DNA of 33,869 nucleotides, taken from the IMG/VR virus record IMGVR_UViG_3300027877_000013, positions 1 through 33,869 of that record, one strand, 5' to 3'. The DNA comes from a virus. Taxonomy: Duplodnaviria; Caudoviricetes. Both the position numbers and the translations under genes were made by a program. The number at the start of each line of letters is the position of its first letter. The first letter of the stretch is position 1. A model generated the notes under the pieces. The model was not told where the DNA came from. It was given only the letters and a program-made list of their open reading frames with translations, and did no database searches. Positions 1-7,153 of the stretch are shown in pieces.

Positions 1-13
1 TTTCCATGAATCA

Positions 14-41
14 ATTATAACGGGCGGCAATTCTCCGTCAA
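14..41 (-). promoter_or_regulatory. sigma70-type promoter TTGACG-N16-TATAAT, probably leaderless, pointing out of the left end
   Basis: Minus strand reads TTGACG (41-36), 16 nt, TATAAT (19-14), 6 nt, ATG (7-5). Confidence 0.75.
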
Positions 42-127
42 TTAAATTCGGATTTCGGTGTAGGTGAGCAAGAAGCGTGCTAGAGATTTGATGCAAACCC
101 CTTGCCACCTACATGGATTCTGGAGAC

Positions 128-358
128 CTACAAGCAGATGACCGAACGACGAGAAAGCCGCTCGGAGTGCTGGCAGTCCATAACACACGCCACGAGAACC
201 GACCTGTCTTCGGCGATGTCATGGGCCCGGGTCAGGTACGTCGAACGCTCAAGCTGTGGCCGCATTCGGTGCAGTTCGAGGACACGGGCATTGAGTTCGG
301 CAAGTTCGGCTGCAAGACGCGTGCGGTACGATTCGACCTGGGTCTGAATGGTAGCCAT
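128..358 (-). CDS. hypothetical coiled-coil protein (76 aa)
   Basis: Within ORF 128..394; ATG at 358 preceded by GGAGAATACC; heptad-like LAAELAELNARVLEL. Confidence 0.65.
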   Translation of the reverse strand: MATIQTQVESYRTRLAAELAELNARVLELHRMRPQLERSTYLTRAHDIAEDRSVLVACVMDCQHSERLSRRSVICL

Positions 359-398
359 GGTATTCTCCGTGTAGGACTTGGATTCGCCCCACACCTCA

Positions 399-427
399 AG
401 CCTAACGACTCGGGTTTAGCGTGTCAA
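399..427 (-). promoter_or_regulatory. sigma70-type early promoter TTGACA-N17-TAGGCT (copy 1)
   Basis: Perfect -35, 17 nt spacer, TAnnnT -10; 397-436 matches 1633-1672 at 38/40 positions. Confidence 0.8.
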
Positions 428-675
428 GCCTTCTTGGTGAGAAGCCGCTTACGACGCGCCAGATCTTCGGCCAGTTCAGGATTTTCTGCAAGAATTGCGT
501 TAAGCCGCGCGTCGCTTTCTGCCCGGTTGGCTTTCGACTGTCTCTCGAGATCGCGAATCTCGAGAATAAAAGCCAGTAGCAGCGGAATCATCGGGGCTGC
601 GAAGTAGAGATTGCCCGTGAACATCATGAAAACACAGAACATCATGAGGATGTCAACGGTCGATGGGGGAGTCAT
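424..675 (-). CDS. small membrane protein with C-terminal coiled coil
   Basis: Hydrophobic N-terminus ILMMFCVFMMFTGNLYFAAPMIPLLLAFIL; ATGA overlap with upstream gene at 672-675. Confidence 0.7.
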   Translation of the reverse strand: MTPPSTVDILMMFCVFMMFTGNLYFAAPMIPLLLAFILEIRDLERQSKANRAESDARLNAILAENPELAEDLARRKRLLTKKA

Positions 676-1001
676 GACCCCTTCTTGTCGAGATGGGCGA
701 GCATATCCTCGACATTGTCGAACGATGTGACGGTGACAAGGATCAGGTCAAGGGCAAGGTGATTGCCTCTAATTCGGACCTCGATGTCGCCTGGCAGACT
801 CCGAAGAAAATCGCACGAACGGAGTTGGTCCATTCCTCTGTCACTGAATGTGTAAACGAGGTTGTCAGGTCCGGCATTGGCGATGTCGACCTTTTCCTGA
901 CGATCAAGTTTCGGGGCAATACACCGGGCAAAGGCTGCCATCAAGTACAACTGAACTCCAGTCATCGCGCTTTGCGCCTTCTGCAATCTCGTCTTCGCCA
1001 T
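672..1001 (-). CDS. hypothetical protein (109 aa)
   Basis: ATG at 1001 preceded by AGGAGAAAACAAA; stop overlaps next start. Confidence 0.7.
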   Translation of the reverse strand: MAKTRLQKAQSAMTGVQLYLMAAFARCIAPKLDRQEKVDIANAGPDNLVYTFSDRGMDQLRSCDFLRSLPGDIEVRIRGNHLALDLILVTVTSFDNVEDMLAHLDKKGS

Positions 1002-1029
1002 TTTGTTTTCTCCTACTTCGGGTCCATGA

Positions 1030-1058
1030 GACCTACCAACCCGGGGGCGGGGTGTCAA
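1030..1058 (-). promoter_or_regulatory. sigma70-type promoter TTGACA-N17-TAGGTC
   Basis: Perfect -35, 17 nt spacer ending TGG, imperfect -10; lies in the gap before the 672..1001 gene. Confidence 0.55.
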
Positions 1059-1282
1059 GCGTGAGGCAACCTGCGAGCGCCTTCCGCCGTCGAAATTCCC
1101 AAAACTCCAAGCTCTTGGAGGATATAGGCGGAAGCGTGGCGATGTCCCAGCATTCCATCAACCATGTCACTTTTAAGCTGGTTTAGTATATGACGCAGAT
1201 ATTGCAGGCTACATCGGTTCCGACCGAGTTTCGCCTTAAGTATCCGGACCTGATCTCGCTGTTTAATTGGGACTGTAATCAT
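1055..1282 (-). CDS. hypothetical protein (75 aa)
   Basis: Start MITVPIK at 1282, 8 nt after the stop of 1290..1628, GGAG upstream; operon packing. Confidence 0.55.
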   Translation of the reverse strand: MITVPIKQRDQVRILKAKLGRNRCSLQYLRHILNQLKSDMVDGMLGHRHASAYILQELGVLGISTAEGARRLPHA

Positions 1283-1289
1283 GGGCTTG

Positions 1290-1628
1290 TCAAGCTCCCA
1301 ACTTCTTCGCCCACTTCGTCCAGTCGACGTCCTTCCACTCGGCTTGGAGGTCGGCGGAGTCCTTCTTGGAGAGCTTCGCACCCTTGACGACGTCGACCAA
1401 GCAAGCCGTCTTGAGTTGAGGGTGAGGCGCCGGCTTTGACGCCTTGGGCACCTTGACCGTCTGGGCGGGCTTCTGGACGGTCTTCTTGGTCGCCTTGGGA
1501 GGTGTGGCGGTCATCTTGGCGATCTGCTCACCAATCGCCTTCTGGACGATTCCCGCCACCTTAACCGTCAGAGCGGCTTTGGAGTTTGTGGAGAGTTTCT
1601 TGGAAGACTTCGAGGTTGGCTTGCTCAT
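1290..1628 (-). CDS. Lys/Ala-rich basic protein, possible histone-like DNA-binding protein
   Basis: Very K-rich (MSKPTSKSSKK, PPKATKKTVQKPA); ATG 6 nt after a promoter -10 box. Confidence 0.65.
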   Translation of the reverse strand: MSKPTSKSSKKLSTNSKAALTVKVAGIVQKAIGEQIAKMTATPPKATKKTVQKPAQTVKVPKASKPAPHPQLKTACLVDVVKGAKLSKKDSADLQAEWKDVDWTKWAKKLGA

Positions 1629-1634
1629 ATTCCA

Positions 1635-1663
1635 AGCCTAACGACTCGAGTTCAGCGTGTCAA
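1635..1663 (-). promoter_or_regulatory. sigma70-type early promoter TTGACA-N17-TAGGCT (copy 2), leaderless
   Basis: Same element as 399-427; ATG at 1628 follows 6 nt after the -10 box. Confidence 0.8.
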
Positions 1664-1683
1664 GCCTTCTTGATTCTCGCTTT

Positions 1684-2109
1684 CTAAGTGGAAGATTCGT
1701 CTGCGGCCAGGGAGTCTTCTAAAGACATCTCGTAATTTTCCAGATATTTAGTACAACTCCGCGCTTGGTCTAATGTAAGTGCACGTAGTATACGATGGTT
1801 ACAGTAATTACAAAGTGTGCCTCTAACCGTTCGAGCCCGTTCGGAGTCGGGAAGCTTCTTCCAACCTCGGACATGCTTGTGGTCTGTGACATAGGCACCC
1901 GTCCCCGACGCCTTGCCGCAAATACTGCAAACCCAACCCTGCCGCTCAAGAGTCTCGAGCCACGTCCTCAGGTTGATTCCGTACTTCTTCAAGGTGGGAG
2001 CCTGAGGTGGGATGACGTGCCTGTCGGCCGCATCTGCCCGAAGGACGATGAGCTCGGGCCCGCCGAGTAACCGGACCACCTTGTCTTCGATGATGAGTAG
2101 GGGCTCCAT
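1684..2109 (-). CDS. recombination endonuclease VII-like nuclease
   Basis: LKKYGI...ERQGWVCSICG...VTDHKH...VRGTLCNYCNHRIL fits the EndoVII pattern (CxxC, DHxH, RGxLCxxCN); start at 2109 by TAATG coupling. Confidence 0.85.
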   Translation of the reverse strand: MEPLLIIEDKVVRLLGGPELIVLRADAADRHVIPPQAPTLKKYGINLRTWLETLERQGWVCSICGKASGTGAYVTDHKHVRGWKKLPDSERARTVRGTLCNYCNHRILRALTLDQARSCTKYLENYEMSLEDSLAADESST

Positions 2110-2420
2110 TACTTGCCAGGTGGATTGAATTGGGTTGCGGCTTTGAATTCGTCCCATGTCATCGAGTCGGCATACCCACTTTGTATGTATACAACCGCCA
2201 ATGGGTCGAAGTTGGGGTTTGCAAGTGCGCACTCCCTGACTCGATCGATAGCAGAAATGCTTATGGCTGCCAGTGCGGTAGGATGTGTCGAGGGGCTGAG
2301 CGCAGCTTCGACAAATGGGTCGTATAGTGGGTGGTCTACGTTGTAGTGAGGCGACGATGGGTTACTGTAATCGGACTCTGGGATTAGATATCTTCCGACG
2401 ATATGGGACAGTGCCTTCAT
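2109..2420 (-). CDS. hypothetical protein with one LRV/HEAT-like repeat
   Basis: SPSTHPTALAAIS...DRVRECALANPN resembles the leucine-rich-variant repeat; ATG at 2420 preferred over TTG at 2438. Confidence 0.55.
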   Translation of the reverse strand: MKALSHIVGRYLIPESDYSNPSSPHYNVDHPLYDPFVEAALSPSTHPTALAAISISAIDRVRECALANPNFDPLAVVYIQSGYADSMTWDEFKAATQFNPPGK

Positions 2421-2449
2421 TTTGTTACTCGCTTTCAAGGGGAAGATTG

Positions 2450-2608
2450 CTACTCGAGGACACCCGCGTCGACAAGGGCTCTCAAATACACTGTCTCGTC
2501 GAACTGAGCGCCAGTGATGTCGGGTCGGAGGGCGAGGGCTGCCTTCCGGGTTTGGACGTATTGGGATCGTTGCTCGACGGTGTATGGGTTATAGATAGTT
2601 TTATTCAT
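2450..2608 (-). CDS. small protein sharing its C-terminus (YLRALVDAGVLE) with 2821..3177
   Basis: ATG at 2608 overlaps stop of upstream gene (ATGAATAA); C-terminal DNA duplicated at 2812-2844. Confidence 0.55.
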   Translation of the reverse strand: MNKTIYNPYTVEQRSQYVQTRKAALALRPDITGAQFDETVYLRALVDAGVLE

Positions 2609-2783
2609 AAAGCCATTTCCAACCCCACCAAACAAATCCAATTTTGGTGGGTAATCGACCTTCACCATTGTTATTGTCTACCGAAACAAACAGTCTAATT
2701 CCGGTCCACCTAAGCCACCTGTTTATACTCCAGAGTTCGGTTTCACATCTCCAATTTGGTTTCTTGTTGTTCATATTATTCAT
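2601..2783 (-). CDS. Trp-rich hypothetical protein (60 aa)
   Basis: ATG at 2783 preceded by GAGGAGA. Confidence 0.65.
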   Translation of the reverse strand: MNNMNNKKPNWRCETELWSINRWLRWTGIRLFVSVDNNNGEGRLPTKIGFVWWGWKWLYE

Positions 2784-2820
2784 TCTCCTCTTTCTTTCTC
2801 GCTTTCTAAAAGGAAGATTG

Positions 2821-3177
2821 CTACTCGAGGATACCCGCGTCAACGAGCGCTTGGAGGTAAGTGGTTTCATCTGTCGATTTGAAGTCGACCTTCACCTTCG
2901 ACTGCCCAGCCAAAGTGCGCAGTAAGATCAGTCGTTGCTTGGGCGAGGCACGGTTATATTGCTTGGTAGACACGTTGAAGCAAATCGACTCGACGAGTTC
3001 CTTGAATGAATCCTTGACCCGGCTCATGTCGATGGCGCGGATGATAGCGCGATCGTATTCGAATGGGCGCTTGAGGTTGGATTTCGCCCTTTCGATTGCT
3101 TCGAGCTCTTTGATTCGCCTTTTCAGCGCTCTGATCTCCATTCGTTCGGCGCGTACACGGTCAAGGTAGGTGCTCAT
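2821..3177 (-). CDS. hypothetical protein, coiled coil plus domain paralogous to 3413..4087
   Basis: ATGA overlap; shared motifs PxxYD..A(I/L)D..V..S and KxRL.L.RTLA.Q. Confidence 0.75.
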   Translation of the reverse strand: MSTYLDRVRAERMEIRALKRRIKELEAIERAKSNLKRPFEYDRAIIRAIDMSRVKDSFKELVESICFNVSTKQYNRASPKQRLILLRTLAGQSKVKVDFKSTDETTYLQALVDAGILE

Positions 3178-3416
3178 CGCTTGCTAATCCTGGCAATTAC
3201 CCCGATGACACCCTTCCAATGAGGGAGCCTCTTGGTGTGTTCGGAGTATGTGACCACAAACTCGGGCGGCAATCGGAAGCAATTCTCCATGAACGTCAGA
3301 AGGGTGGCCGAATCGCTGAACTCGAATGTAATTGTATTCTCTGTGCAATCACACCACAATTCAGTCCCATCAAAACCAAGAGCAACTATGTCCCAAACAT
3401 CTCCTAAGAAATTCAT
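3174..3416 (-). CDS. hypothetical protein
   Basis: GAAGGAGAATCA RBS; ATGA overlaps at both ends. Confidence 0.7.
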   Translation of the reverse strand: MNFLGDVWDIVALGFDGTELWCDCTENTITFEFSDSATLLTFMENCFRLPPEFVVTYSEHTKRLPHWKGVIGVIARISKR

Positions 3417-4087
3417 TGATTCTCCTTCATTGCTTGCAACTTGGCGTCGACTTCCATGAACAACGATTCGTTTGTTGCCAACAACTTATTCTCATACACA
3501 GCCTGCAAGATGCTCTTGTTATCCGACTTCGCGCATTCGGTCAAGACTTCCATGTCGGTTGTAGTCTTAGCTGTGTTGGCGTTGATTTTGGTTGGAGCCG
3601 TCTTCGCCGGAACCAAGACGCCTTCCTCGATGAGTCCAAGCAATAGTTCTTCGAGTATGGCAGTCTTGGCGTTACCAACAGCATTCGTTTGGATGGCGAG
3701 AGTCCTAGCCAGCAATAGGCGCTCTTTATCCGTCTGCAAACTCCCCTTCTTGAGGTAGCGTTGGAGTGTAGCAGCGACGTTATCAACCATCGATTCCGCC
3801 ACCTTGAAGAGATCGAGTGCTTGAACGAGTTGGGTGTCATACCTGTGGGGATCTCTGGTGATACGTACGAACGGCTTGACTTCGGGTTGAATTTCACCGT
3901 CGATCTTGCAGGTCGGATCGAGGTCGCGCATCTTGGATTGAAGTTCGGCGATCTCTTTATTGAGTGTAGCCGCGAACTGCTCTTGCCCGGGTCGCGCGGC
4001 AATCCTCGATCGCTTGCCGTCGATCTTGGCTTGCAGTTTGGCGATTTCTGCTGACACGTCTGTGGTCGGTGTTCCAAAGTAGTTCAT
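3413..4087 (-). CDS. hypothetical coiled-coil protein, paralog of 2821..3177
   Basis: AAGGAAACACC RBS; ATGA overlap; 224 aa. Confidence 0.75.
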   Translation of the reverse strand: MNYFGTPTTDVSAEIAKLQAKIDGKRSRIAARPGQEQFAATLNKEIAELQSKMRDLDPTCKIDGEIQPEVKPFVRITRDPHRYDTQLVQALDLFKVAESMVDNVAATLQRYLKKGSLQTDKERLLLARTLAIQTNAVGNAKTAILEELLLGLIEEGVLVPAKTAPTKINANTAKTTTDMEVLTECAKSDNKSILQAVYENKLLATNESLFMEVDAKLQAMKENQ

Positions 4088-4368
4088 GGTGTTTCCTTGT
4101 CGGGATGTAGGCGGATTTGGGCGTGAAGCTTTCGTTGTTCGGAAGCCAAGTGACGTCGCGCCCTTTCAGCATCAAACATAAACTGCGAACAATCCGATGG
4201 AAGTTCCCCACAGAGATATGGACAGAATGGTTTACCACCCAACTGCGCTTCACGGCGGGATAATCGAGCCTCTCTGGTTTGAGCCGCGTTCTCCTTTGCT
4301 ACCTTCAACATCCATAGCACTGCAGTTTGACTTTGTAGTGGAATTTGCGCATGTCCAAAATAACTCAT
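4084..4368 (-). CDS. hypothetical protein, possible Zn-binding (CPYLC...C...H)
   Basis: AGGAGATATT RBS; ATGA overlap. Confidence 0.65.
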   Translation of the reverse strand: MSYFGHAQIPLQSQTAVLWMLKVAKENAAQTREARLSRREAQLGGKPFCPYLCGELPSDCSQFMFDAERARRHLASEQRKLHAQIRLHPDKETP

Positions 4369-5039
4369 AATATCTCCTGTGGTTGTGGTTGAACTTCTCC
4401 GAAGAAACTGGGGTTGAACTCTAGGTTGAGATCGGAACTACCCGACCGTTCAGAGTCATACGCCTTGCCATATGCCTTAACCAATGCAGAGGCGAAGTAG
4501 CGGGCGGGAAGCCGCTTTCCGGTTATAGCGTGGCTACGAGCCCTACTACGAGCAATCAAGCCTGCATCGACAAGTTGCCCTAGCCAACGGTAGACCGTCG
4601 CTGTAGGAGCGTCGTAGGTGACCAGAATCGAATCAGAAGCCCATTCTCCATCTACGGGTTGAGTTCGATGAAGGAGTGCCACTTCAGCGGCGTTTTGCTT
4701 GCGGCGGATTGACTCGCAAAACTCGATGAACGCTGGTTTCGTCGGTAGGTCGTGTTTGGCAACCACTCTATTCCAAATCGAGTAATCGGTTTGCGCTCGC
4801 AATTGCCTTCGATTTTCGAGCAACTTCGCGATGTCGTAGGTCGTGTAGCGCCCGAGATTGGTGGGCGTGATGAGACCTTCTGATTGAAGATCCGACAGGT
4901 GCCAGCGAACTTGCCACCTAGTCATCTCGTTCTTTTCGGCGTATTTGCGCACGCTAAACTTGACGACGCCAGGCGTGACTTGAGGGAGTCCGCATAGGTG
5001 GCGAACCAGGTCCTCTTGTATTTGATTGAGTTGCAACAT
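4365..5039 (-). CDS. double winged-HTH protein, putative replication initiator
   Basis: Two wHTH-like segments (SVRKYAEKNEMTRWQVRWHLSDLQSEGLI; APTATVYRWLGQLVDAGLIAR); AAGGAG RBS; first gene next to a repeat-rich non-coding kb. Rep role is inferred. Confidence 0.6.
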   Translation of the reverse strand: MLQLNQIQEDLVRHLCGLPQVTPGVVKFSVRKYAEKNEMTRWQVRWHLSDLQSEGLITPTNLGRYTTYDIAKLLENRRQLRAQTDYSIWNRVVAKHDLPTKPAFIEFCESIRRKQNAAEVALLHRTQPVDGEWASDSILVTYDAPTATVYRWLGQLVDAGLIARSRARSHAITGKRLPARYFASALVKAYGKAYDSERSGSSDLNLEFNPSFFGEVQPQPQEIL

Positions 5040-5040
5040 T

Positions 5041-5200
5041 TTGACTCCTTAACTCTCTTCGTAGACCCGATGGAAGCGGGTTGTTGTTAAGCAAAGGATT
5101 GCCGTCCTAAAGTTCCATCTGATTCGCTCGGAGTCAAGGAAGACAAGCGATCAGCAGTAGGACGGCAAACCTTCGCCAAACAACGTATTCGAGTATACCA
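5041..5200 (-). promoter_or_regulatory. extended -10 promoter (TGGTATACT) and structured 5' leader of the wHTH gene
   Basis: TGnTATACT at 5200-5192; perfect 11-bp stem 5099-5109/5158-5168 with flanking helices; loop 5130-5137 complementary to RBS region 5041-5048. Confidence 0.6.
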
Positions 5201-5282
5201 CAACGCCCCTACCACCTAAACCATTGTGTTCGACCTATACCATACAATTTGAGGGCCTGCAAGCACCAAATCAATGCCTAGC

Positions 5283-5860
5283 AGATTCTCATTTAACAGC
5301 CCAGTGGCACCGAATCAATCGCTTTCAGATTCTCAAAAGGGGCGTTTTCACCGCCCAGCTAGATTCTCATTTTACCGCCCAGTGGGAGCGACCTCTCATA
5401 GGGGGATTTGAGCCACAGTCCATACAAATTTTCCCCCTTGTACGAACCCCATGTGCTTGGTGAGGTGTTGAGGGAGTGTCATGGTGTGCCCCTTCTCCCT
5501 CACAAGAGGGGCATAGCTTTGTCCGGTAGGACGGAGCGGAGCGACCCTTTGGCGACGTGAGGAGCGGTCGACTTCCCCACGGAGTGGTGGAGCGAACCCG
5601 GTAGGGTGAGCGACCATATGTGATTGTATGTAAAGAGGTTTTCAGAACATACAGGGTCTTGAGGGAGTGTGATTTGTGGTATTGGATCGGTCGCTCCGCT
5701 CCCAACAGCGCCTACTGCCGTAGGGAAGTTAAGCCCCTCCTTTGGTCGGGAAAGAGCAACTCCCTCACGACCTGGCAATCGTGCCTCTGGTCTCAAGTTA
5801 GTTCCGCGCGACTTACATTTCACGACAATGGCTCCTTTCCTTCACCCCTACCACTCCCTC
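5283..5860. repeat. repeat cluster, putative replication origin
   Basis: AGATTCTCA x3 (5283, 5327, 5361) with 25-mers 5283-5307/5361-5385 23/25 identical; TTGAGGGAGTGT x2 (5468, 5659) plus inverted partial copies; perfect 14-bp inverted repeat 5533-5546/5689-5702; many GAGCG. Confidence 0.6.
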
Positions 5861-6062
5861 GAAGCCACGTCAAACCCCCGCTCCAACGCCTAGGCGCCTT
5901 ACCTTGCGACGTTCGGGACTCGGGGCTACCAAGATGCCCCTGCGTCAAAACGCCTGCAAACTCGTCTAGAGTGTAGGTGTTTTGGTACCTAATCGAACGG
6001 GGAGTTGATTCCCGAAGTCCGATTTAGGGCGACCTAATCCTTTTCTGTGAGGTGAACCACAC

Positions 6063-6545
6063 ATGATCACAGACCTACAAACTTTCCTACTCGCTGGCGC
6101 GGAAGCCATCCAAGACACCAAGATCGCCCGAGACGAGCAATCAGATAAGACATGCAGCAAATGCGATACGACAAAGCCGCTAACTGACTTCTACGCCAAC
6201 CACTCTCAGTGCAAACAGTGCCATACCCAAACTGTCCGGGCCAAGCAGTATGAGGGTGCAGTGCCCACAATCTATGCAATCACCTCGGGCACCAAGATTG
6301 TCTATGTTGGCTCGACCCGAATGTCACTCCCTGCCAGGCTCCAAGCACACCGCTCCGCCGCTTCTCAGGGCCGTGGTACGAAGATCGCCAACTTCCTGCG
6401 ATCCAACCCCGAGAACGTCAATATCATCGCTCTGGAGACGCTACAGGGGGCCAGTAAGCAAACGCTTCTCTACAGTGAGAAGCAATGGATTCGACGTCTG
6501 TCAAAGACAAACAAGCTACACCAAACACGTAATGTGATATACTAG
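6063..6545 (+). CDS. GIY-YIG endonuclease with N-terminal Zn ribbon
   Basis: CSKC...CKQC, then TIYAI...VYVGST...RLQAH and late E (YSEKQWI); GAGGTG RBS. Confidence 0.85.
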   Translation: MITDLQTFLLAGAEAIQDTKIARDEQSDKTCSKCDTTKPLTDFYANHSQCKQCHTQTVRAKQYEGAVPTIYAITSGTKIVYVGSTRMSLPARLQAHRSAASQGRGTKIANFLRSNPENVNIIALETLQGASKQTLLYSEKQWIRRLSKTNKLHQTRNVIY

Positions 6546-6562
6546 TTGCTAGGAGAAATACA

Positions 6563-6652
6563 ATGACGCCTAATGACACACTCAAAGTCATCGACCTACT
6601 GACCCAGATTCTTACCCAGCTCGAGAAGCTCAATCAGAAGAGGTCGAAATGA
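6563..6652 (+). CDS. small ORF (29 aa) MTPNDTLKVIDLLTQILTQLEKLNQKRSK
   Basis: AGGAGA RBS; ATGA overlap with the sigma gene; below the ORF-track cutoff. Confidence 0.6.
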   Translation: MTPNDTLKVIDLLTQILTQLEKLNQKRSK

Positions 6653-7152
6653 AGCCAACCAAAGAACAGCAATTGGTTAGCACCAATCTCGACATCGCCG
6701 TCAAGATGGCTGGCAGGTTCGCGGCCAAGCAGCCATACATCCCATACGAGGACTTGTTGTCTTTATGTCTCGAGAGTCTCTGTCTCGCATCCAATAAATG
6801 CAATGATCCATCTAAGTATAGAATGCATGCGCGCAGAGTAGCTAGGTGTGATGTCTTGAATTACCTAGAAAAGACCAACCTTCGTAGACAAACAGTAGTT
6901 CCATCTTCCTACGACGAAGAGGATGAAGAAGGTGGAGAGCAGTGTCTTGGTCCGGTCGATACCACCTCGCCTGAGGACATCGCCATGGTCAGGCAATATG
7001 TCGCCAGCCTTCCAGTCAGAGATCAGGAGATCATTCAGCTCTCGTATGAGGGCTACACCGATGCCGAGATCGGTACCAGACTCGCACCTCCCGTAGATCG
7101 TCAAGTCGTTAAGCGCCGTTTGATGGCCATTAGACGGAACTTCCCGATATAG
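6649..7152 (+). CDS. phage RNA polymerase sigma-70 family (ECF-sized) factor
   Basis: Region 2-like NLDIAVKMAGRF...YEDLLS..LESLCLA and region 4-like LPVRDQEIIQLSYEGYTDAEIG..L...RQVVKRR; immediately before the packaging genes. Confidence 0.85.
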   Translation: MKPTKEQQLVSTNLDIAVKMAGRFAAKQPYIPYEDLLSLCLESLCLASNKCNDPSKYRMHARRVARCDVLNYLEKTNLRRQTVVPSSYDEEDEEGGEQCLGPVDTTSPEDIAMVRQYVASLPVRDQEIIQLSYEGYTDAEIGTRLAPPVDRQVVKRRLMAIRRNFPI

Positions 7153-7153
7153 A

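Larger units (their letters stand above)
2441..2844. repeat. 33-bp direct repeat (2441-2473 and 2812-2844) covering gene ends and downstream spacer
   Basis: ggaagattgctactcgagga(c/t)acccgcgtc(g/a)ac, 31/33 identical. Confidence 0.9.

Noticed and set aside
59-113. Hairpin TGTAGGTG-A-GCAAG ... CTTGC-CACCTACA as a terminator or ncRNA
   Set aside because: Large loop and no U tract in the minus direction; function cannot be supported.
1288-1293. TTGACA on the minus strand as a working promoter
   Set aside because: No TAnnnT box 16-18 nt downstream; kept only as a possible cassette remnant.
397-2844. Early-arm repeats as a CRISPR array or attachment sites
   Set aside because: Copies are hundreds of bp apart and separated by genes; no cas or integrase gene seen.
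5224-5976. ORF-track frames in the divergence region
   Set aside because: Overlapping, no RBS, mostly non-ATG starts, unprotein-like composition; region is better explained as repeats and structure.
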